Shown here piece after piece: positions 60,632 through 64,000 of a DNA stretch of 64,000 nucleotides (its first letter is position 1; the number at the start of each line of letters is the position of its first letter). Source of the stretch: Nitrospirota bacterium. Its GTDB lineage: Bacteria; Nitrospirota; Nitrospiria; Nitrospirales; Nitrospiraceae. Where the stretch lies: positions 1 through 64,000 of the forward strand of contig CAVPGK010000006.1 in NCBI GenBank assembly GCA_963703955.1. The letters run 5' to 3'. The position numbers and the translations under genes were made by a program. The notes beneath the pieces are model-generated. The model worked only from the letters and a program-made list of their open reading frames with translations, was not told the DNA's origin and did no database searches.

Positions 60632-61507
60632 TTAGTGGACAGCCCGTATGACTTGCCCTGCCTGCCGTTCAAACTCCGCCGGGCTGAGATAGCCCAAGGT
60701 GGAATGCCGCCGCCGCCGATTATAGAACCCTTCCAGATACTCGAAGATCTCGGTCTTGGCCTCCTGCCGTGTCTGAAACCGTCGGTGATGGACCAGTTCG
60801 GTCTTCAGCGTGGCAAAGAAGCTTTCCACCACCGCATTGTCCCAACAATTGCCGGGGCGACTCATCGAGCCGTGAATCCCCAGGGCAGTCAGCCGTTGCT
60901 GGTAGGTGACGGCGGCATACTGACAGCCTCGGTCCGAATGATGGAGCAACCCTGACACGGCCGGACGCTGGTGCAGGGCCATCTCCAATGCCTGCATGGT
61001 CAGGGCCGTGGTCATCTGCGTCCCCATGGCCCATCCCACAATGCGCCGAGAATAAAGATCCAACAACACGGCGAGATACAGCCACCCCTCGCGGGTCGCA
61101 ATGTACGTGATGTCGCCCACCCATTTGTGATTCGGGCGCGTGGCCGTGAAGTTCCGCTGCAAGTCGTTGGCGGCCATCATCTCTGGAGGACACGGCCGTG
61201 GCCGCCGATAGTGGCGACGGCAGATACTCCGCAGACCGTGCAGCCGCATCAGCCGGGCCACGCGATGACGGCCGACGCGAATCCCTCGGGCCTGGAGTTC
61301 CCGATGCAGACGCGGACTCCCATACCGTCCTCGAAATTCCTGATAACATGCCCGCAGGTGTGCCCCCAGCCAGTGATTCGCTCGATCGCGCGCCCTCTCG
61401 GGGTGCCGACGCCAAGCATAGAACCCACTACGAGCGACGGCCATGACCCGACACAACATCTCGACGGGATACTGCGCCTTCTCCGCCTGAATGAAGCCAT
61501 ACCTCAT
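60632..61507 (-). CDS. IS3 OrfB DDE transposase
   Basis: WVGDITYI, HHSDRGCQY, DNAVVESFF..LK.E and YNRRRRHSTLGY. Confidence 0.93.
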   Translation of the reverse strand: MRYGFIQAEKAQYPVEMLCRVMAVARSGFYAWRRHPERARDRANHWLGAHLRACYQEFRGRYGSPRLHRELQARGIRVGRHRVARLMRLHGLRSICRRHYRRPRPCPPEMMAANDLQRNFTATRPNHKWVGDITYIATREGWLYLAVLLDLYSRRIVGWAMGTQMTTALTMQALEMALHQRPAVSGLLHHSDRGCQYAAVTYQQRLTALGIHGSMSRPGNCWDNAVVESFFATLKTELVHHRRFQTRQEAKTEIFEYLEGFYNRRRRHSTLGYLSPAEFERQAGQVIRAVH

Positions 61508-61785
61508 GCCGACTCCTTGGCGAAGAAGGCTGCCGCCTTTTTTAGGATGTCCCGCTCCATGCGAAGCCGTTCAACTTCACGGCGTAACTGTTTGAGTTCC
61601 TCCGCCGCCTGAAATCCATTCGTCCCCGGCAGCGTGCTATTGGCCTCACGCTGCCATCGGCTCAACGTGGTTTGATTGATCCCCAGTTCCTTGGCCACCT
61701 GATTGGCACTCTGGCCACTGCGGCGCACCAGCGCGATGGCCTCCTGCTTGAACTCCGAACTAAATATTCGTCGGTCTCTCTTCAT
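61504..61785 (-). CDS. IS3 OrfA HTH
   Basis: AAGGAGGTG RBS, FSSEFKQEAI...VAKELGI and ERDILKKAAAFF. Confidence 0.9.
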   Translation of the reverse strand: MKRDRRIFSSEFKQEAIALVRRSGQSANQVAKELGINQTTLSRWQREANSTLPGTNGFQAAEELKQLRREVERLRMERDILKKAAAFFAKESA

Positions 61786-61846
61786 CGGATACACCTCCTT
61801 CTTGGCATTATGCCTAAGAGGTGTCCACAAAATCAGGGGAGGTTCA

Positions 61847-62365
61847 AAACTGAGTTGCACCAAGGTGACCTCATGATGATTGGCCGCATGCGTGCTCACG
61901 GAAAGCGGCAACCCATGGCGATCCACAATCGCGAGGATCTTCACGCCTTTGCCACGGCGGGTCGGGCCGATACCGTCGCCGCCGCCCTTGGCCGCGGCGA
62001 ACGTGGCATCGATGAAGCTCTCGCGCTCGTCAAGCGCGCCTTCCTCGCGCCATGTATTGGCCAACTGCGTGAGAATCTCGCGCAGCACCTCGCGTTCGCA
62101 CCACTGCTGAAATCGGCGATGGACCGTTTTGTAATTGGGGTAGCACTGCGGCAGCATGTGCCACTGTGCGCCGGTGTTCAGAATCCACAGCACTGCCTCC
62201 AAGACGGCTCGCGCAGGCACCGGCTTGCGGCCGGGACGACTTTCCGGGATGTGTTCCTCGGGAAAATACTCCCGAATTCGTTCCCATTGGTCGTCGTGCA
62301 ATCGCAACATGCGGGCGCATTGTAGCAGGTGTGTTCATCAACACAACCATTTTGAGATAGGTTCT
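61847..62365 (-). mobile_element. Truncated IS5-family element (transposase 5' part, 61847-62310)
   Basis: DDQWERI...VLWILNTGAQWHMLP...TVHRRFQQW...IDAT...VDRHGLPL, cut by IS3. Candidate terminal IR AGAACCTATCTCAAAA. Confidence 0.85.
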
Positions 62366-62478
62366 AGTTTTCAAAAATTCCCTGCATGACCTTAACGTAG
62401 CACCGCCTCTGTACCTCACCTGTGCCTGACGACCACCCCGCAAGCAAAACAGGGGTGGCACCCCCGTCAGCGACTCAC

Positions 62479-62506
62479 AGGTGTGATAGGTGTTATGTAG
62501 GTGTTA
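62479..62506 (+). repeat. Three AGGTGT direct repeats, candidate integrase arm-type sites
   Basis: AGGTGT at 62479, 62488 and 62499, about 130-150 bp inside the att repeat. Confidence 0.5.
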
Positions 62507-62634
62507 AAAAGAACGAGGAAAGGGAAGAAGAACCGAGGAAATGAAACAAACAGAAACGAAAGGAAGGTTTGCTAGGTTACGGTACGATAGAGGGGATGCC
62601 CCACATTTACATAGATTTAAGCATCCCCTCTTTT

Positions 62635-62682
62635 TCGCACCCAAGCGAGCGCGCTACCAGGCTGCGCTATGTCCCGACTTCG
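62635..62682 (-). pseudogene. Degenerate 5' half of tRNA-Pro (att repeat)
   Basis: CGGGACATAGCGCAGCCTGGTAGCGCGCTCGCTTGGGTGCGA, ending just after the anticodon arm. Confidence 0.85.
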
Positions 62683-62742
62683 ACTCTTATGGTCGTTCGC
62701 GGTCTTGACAGTCAAAGGCCGTCCCATCTCTCTCAGATGCAT

Positions 62743-63096
62743 TCAACGGTCATACGATTCCATAATGCGTAAGATCGTGTGCAATTCGCCGCGTACTCGT
62801 TCGGCGACTTCCCGTGGACGAATCTGTCGAGCCGCACGTCGCCCGCGCCGCGCCCAGAACCTCTTGACTCCTGCGATGGTGTATCCCTCCTCGTAGAGCA
62901 TGCGTTTGATTTCAAGAACCTGTTCGACATCCCGTCTGACATAGAGTCGCTGATGTCCTCGACTCTTCCTCGGCTTCAAAAAGCTGAATTCCGATTCCCA
63001 AAAGCGCAACACATAAGCGGGAAGCTTCGTAATGGCGCTCACTTCGCCGATCTTATAGAACACCTTGTTGCCCAGTCTGGGCACAGCCGCCATCAC
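62743..63096 (-). CDS. MerR-family HTH regulator (ihfA-associated type)
   Basis: YKIGEVS....LPAYVLRFWESEF..LKPRK..G.QRLY...EGYTIAG. Confidence 0.9.
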   Translation of the reverse strand: MMAAVPRLGNKVFYKIGEVSAITKLPAYVLRFWESEFSFLKPRKSRGHQRLYVRRDVEQVLEIKRMLYEEGYTIAGVKRFWARRGRRAARQIRPREVAERVRGELHTILRIMESYDR

Positions 63097-63139
63097 CGAT
63101 CCTCGTATCTATTTACTCGGTGACACCTGTTCGGCTAAC

Positions 63140-63412
63140 TTAATTGACGTATTTTTTGAAGACCTGACTCGGACGGAAGGTGACAACTCTGCGGGGAGTA
63201 ATCCCGATCTCCTGCCCGGTCCGTGGATTTCTTCCCTTCCGGGCTCCCTTGCTGCGGACCATGAAATTGCCGAATCCTGCGATCTTGACCGATTCTCCCT
63301 TTTGGAGAACCGACTTGAGCAGATTCAGGATTAGCTCCACGATATCCGCGGCCTCCTTTTTGGAGACGCCGACTTTCTCATAGATCTCATTGGCGATGTC
63401 AGCCTTTCGCAT
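63140..63412 (-). CDS. ihfA: Integration host factor subunit alpha
   Basis: VKIAGFGNF...GRNPRTG.EI.I.PRRVVTFRPS, upstream of the MerR-like gene. Confidence 0.9.
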   Translation of the reverse strand: MRKADIANEIYEKVGVSKKEAADIVELILNLLKSVLQKGESVKIAGFGNFMVRSKGARKGRNPRTGQEIGITPRRVVTFRPSQVFKKYVN

Positions 63413-63559
63413 GCCTGCCCCCTAGGTCAGCGCGTCACACACGTCTCTTCGATGGGTGATCAATGTTTGTGTATCGAAGGCGATGAAATTTCATCAAAGA
63501 TTATGTGAGGTTATCAGCCATGTCAAGGGAAATTCTTGGGAGAGAAGCCGCATGAGAGA

Positions 63560-64000
63560 TTAATGATCGTTCGGCAAAAGTTTGTATTCAATGCTGTCCG
63601 CCAACGCCTGCCAACTCGCCTCCATAATGTTCTCAGAAACGCCGACGGTTCCCCACTTTTTCTTATGATCCCCGGATTCCAATAATACCCGCACCTTGGA
63701 CGCCGTTCCATGGCTTGCGGCAAGGACACGAACCTTATAGTCCAAAAGGGTAACGTCCTTGAGCTGTGGGTAGAATTTTTCGAGCGCCTTTCGAAGGGCA
63801 TGATCCAGCGCGTTCACGGGCCCGGCTCCGACCGCCGCCGTGTGCTCGATCGCTTGGCCTACTTTAACCATGACCGTCGCCTCTGAAATCGGTGCCTCGT
63901 TTGCGTGTCGTTTTTCCACGATGACACGGAACCCCAAGAGTTCAAACGATGCTTGATGAAGGCCGACGGCTTTCCGCATCAGCAGTTCCAGCGAGCCTTC
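63560..64000 (-). CDS. cimA: Citramalate synthase, C-terminal part (gene starts beyond the window)
   Basis: SEATV.VKV....HTAA.G.GPVNALD.ALRKAL...DYKVRV...VRVLLES...WGTVGVSENI.EASWQAL allosteric domain. Confidence 0.85.
   Translation of the reverse strand, partial: EGSLELLMRKAVGLHQASFELLGFRVIVEKRHANEAPISEATVMVKVGQAIEHTAAVGAGPVNALDHALRKALEKFYPQLKDVTLLDYKVRVLAASHGTASKVRVLLESGDHKKKWGTVGVSENIMEASWQALADSIEYKLLPNDH

Larger units (their letters stand above)
60617..61846 (-). mobile_element. IS3-family insertion sequence (~1230 bp)
   Basis: TG...CA ends with imperfect IRs TGAACCTCCCCTGATTTTGTGGACA and TGATCTTTCCCCGATTTAGTGGACA. orfA/orfB with the A-AAA-AAG slippery site at 61537-61543. Confidence 0.93.
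56774..62682. mobile_element. Decayed genomic island integrated in tRNA-Pro, bounded by a 5'-half tRNA duplication
   Basis: Direct repeats 56774-56822 and 62635-62682 (3 substitutions and 1 indel). Accessory cargo and IS elements lie between tRNA-Pro and merR-ihfA. No integrase seen. Confidence 0.75.

Noticed and set aside
61504..62310. Functional IS5-IS3 hybrid transposase
   Set aside because: Chance in-frame junction through the IS3 inverted repeat. The IS5 catalytic domain is incomplete and orfA has its own RBS.
1..64000. CRISPR arrays, rRNA genes, prophage or anti-phage defence systems
   Set aside because: No regularly spaced repeat arrays, rRNA signatures, phage structural genes or defence domains were recognised.

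Overview
A 64-kb stretch of mostly core chromosome. Gene content and order are most consistent with a Nitrospira-like organism (inference, not searched). Contents in order: (i) a probably chimeric, error-rich left end, where secA breaks off into an unrelated GT2/NDP-sugar epimerase fragment; (ii) a putative metal-uptake operon (TonB, Cys-motif BNR/sialidase-fold protein, TlpA, TonB-dependent receptor) carrying TWO His-rich C-x-W-x-C...RAPP DUF2946/CruR-like arrest-peptide candidates; (iii) envelope folding genes (TPR, Slp, DsbA-like, DegP); (iv) a nikR-DUF3842-TBDR nickel locus with a candidate NikR operator and a nearby 61-aa His-rich protein; (v) housekeeping genes; (vi) an unannotated 12-codon Lys-rich micro-ORF with a perfect Shine-Dalgarno; (vii) lpxC with a sigma54 promoter, an adjacent structured intergenic segment and a lipid A modification cluster; (viii) two tandem type IV minor-pilin clusters, pilY1 and pilD; (ix) rlmB-cysS-surE-tRNA-Pro; (x) a decayed ~5.8-kb island that duplicates the 5' half of tRNA-Pro rather than the usual 3' half and carries IS3/IS5 remnants; (xi) merR-like, ihfA and the 3' end of cimA. 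Several single-base frameshifts suggest residual long-read assembly error. All calls come from motif recognition by eye; no database searches or folding programs were run.
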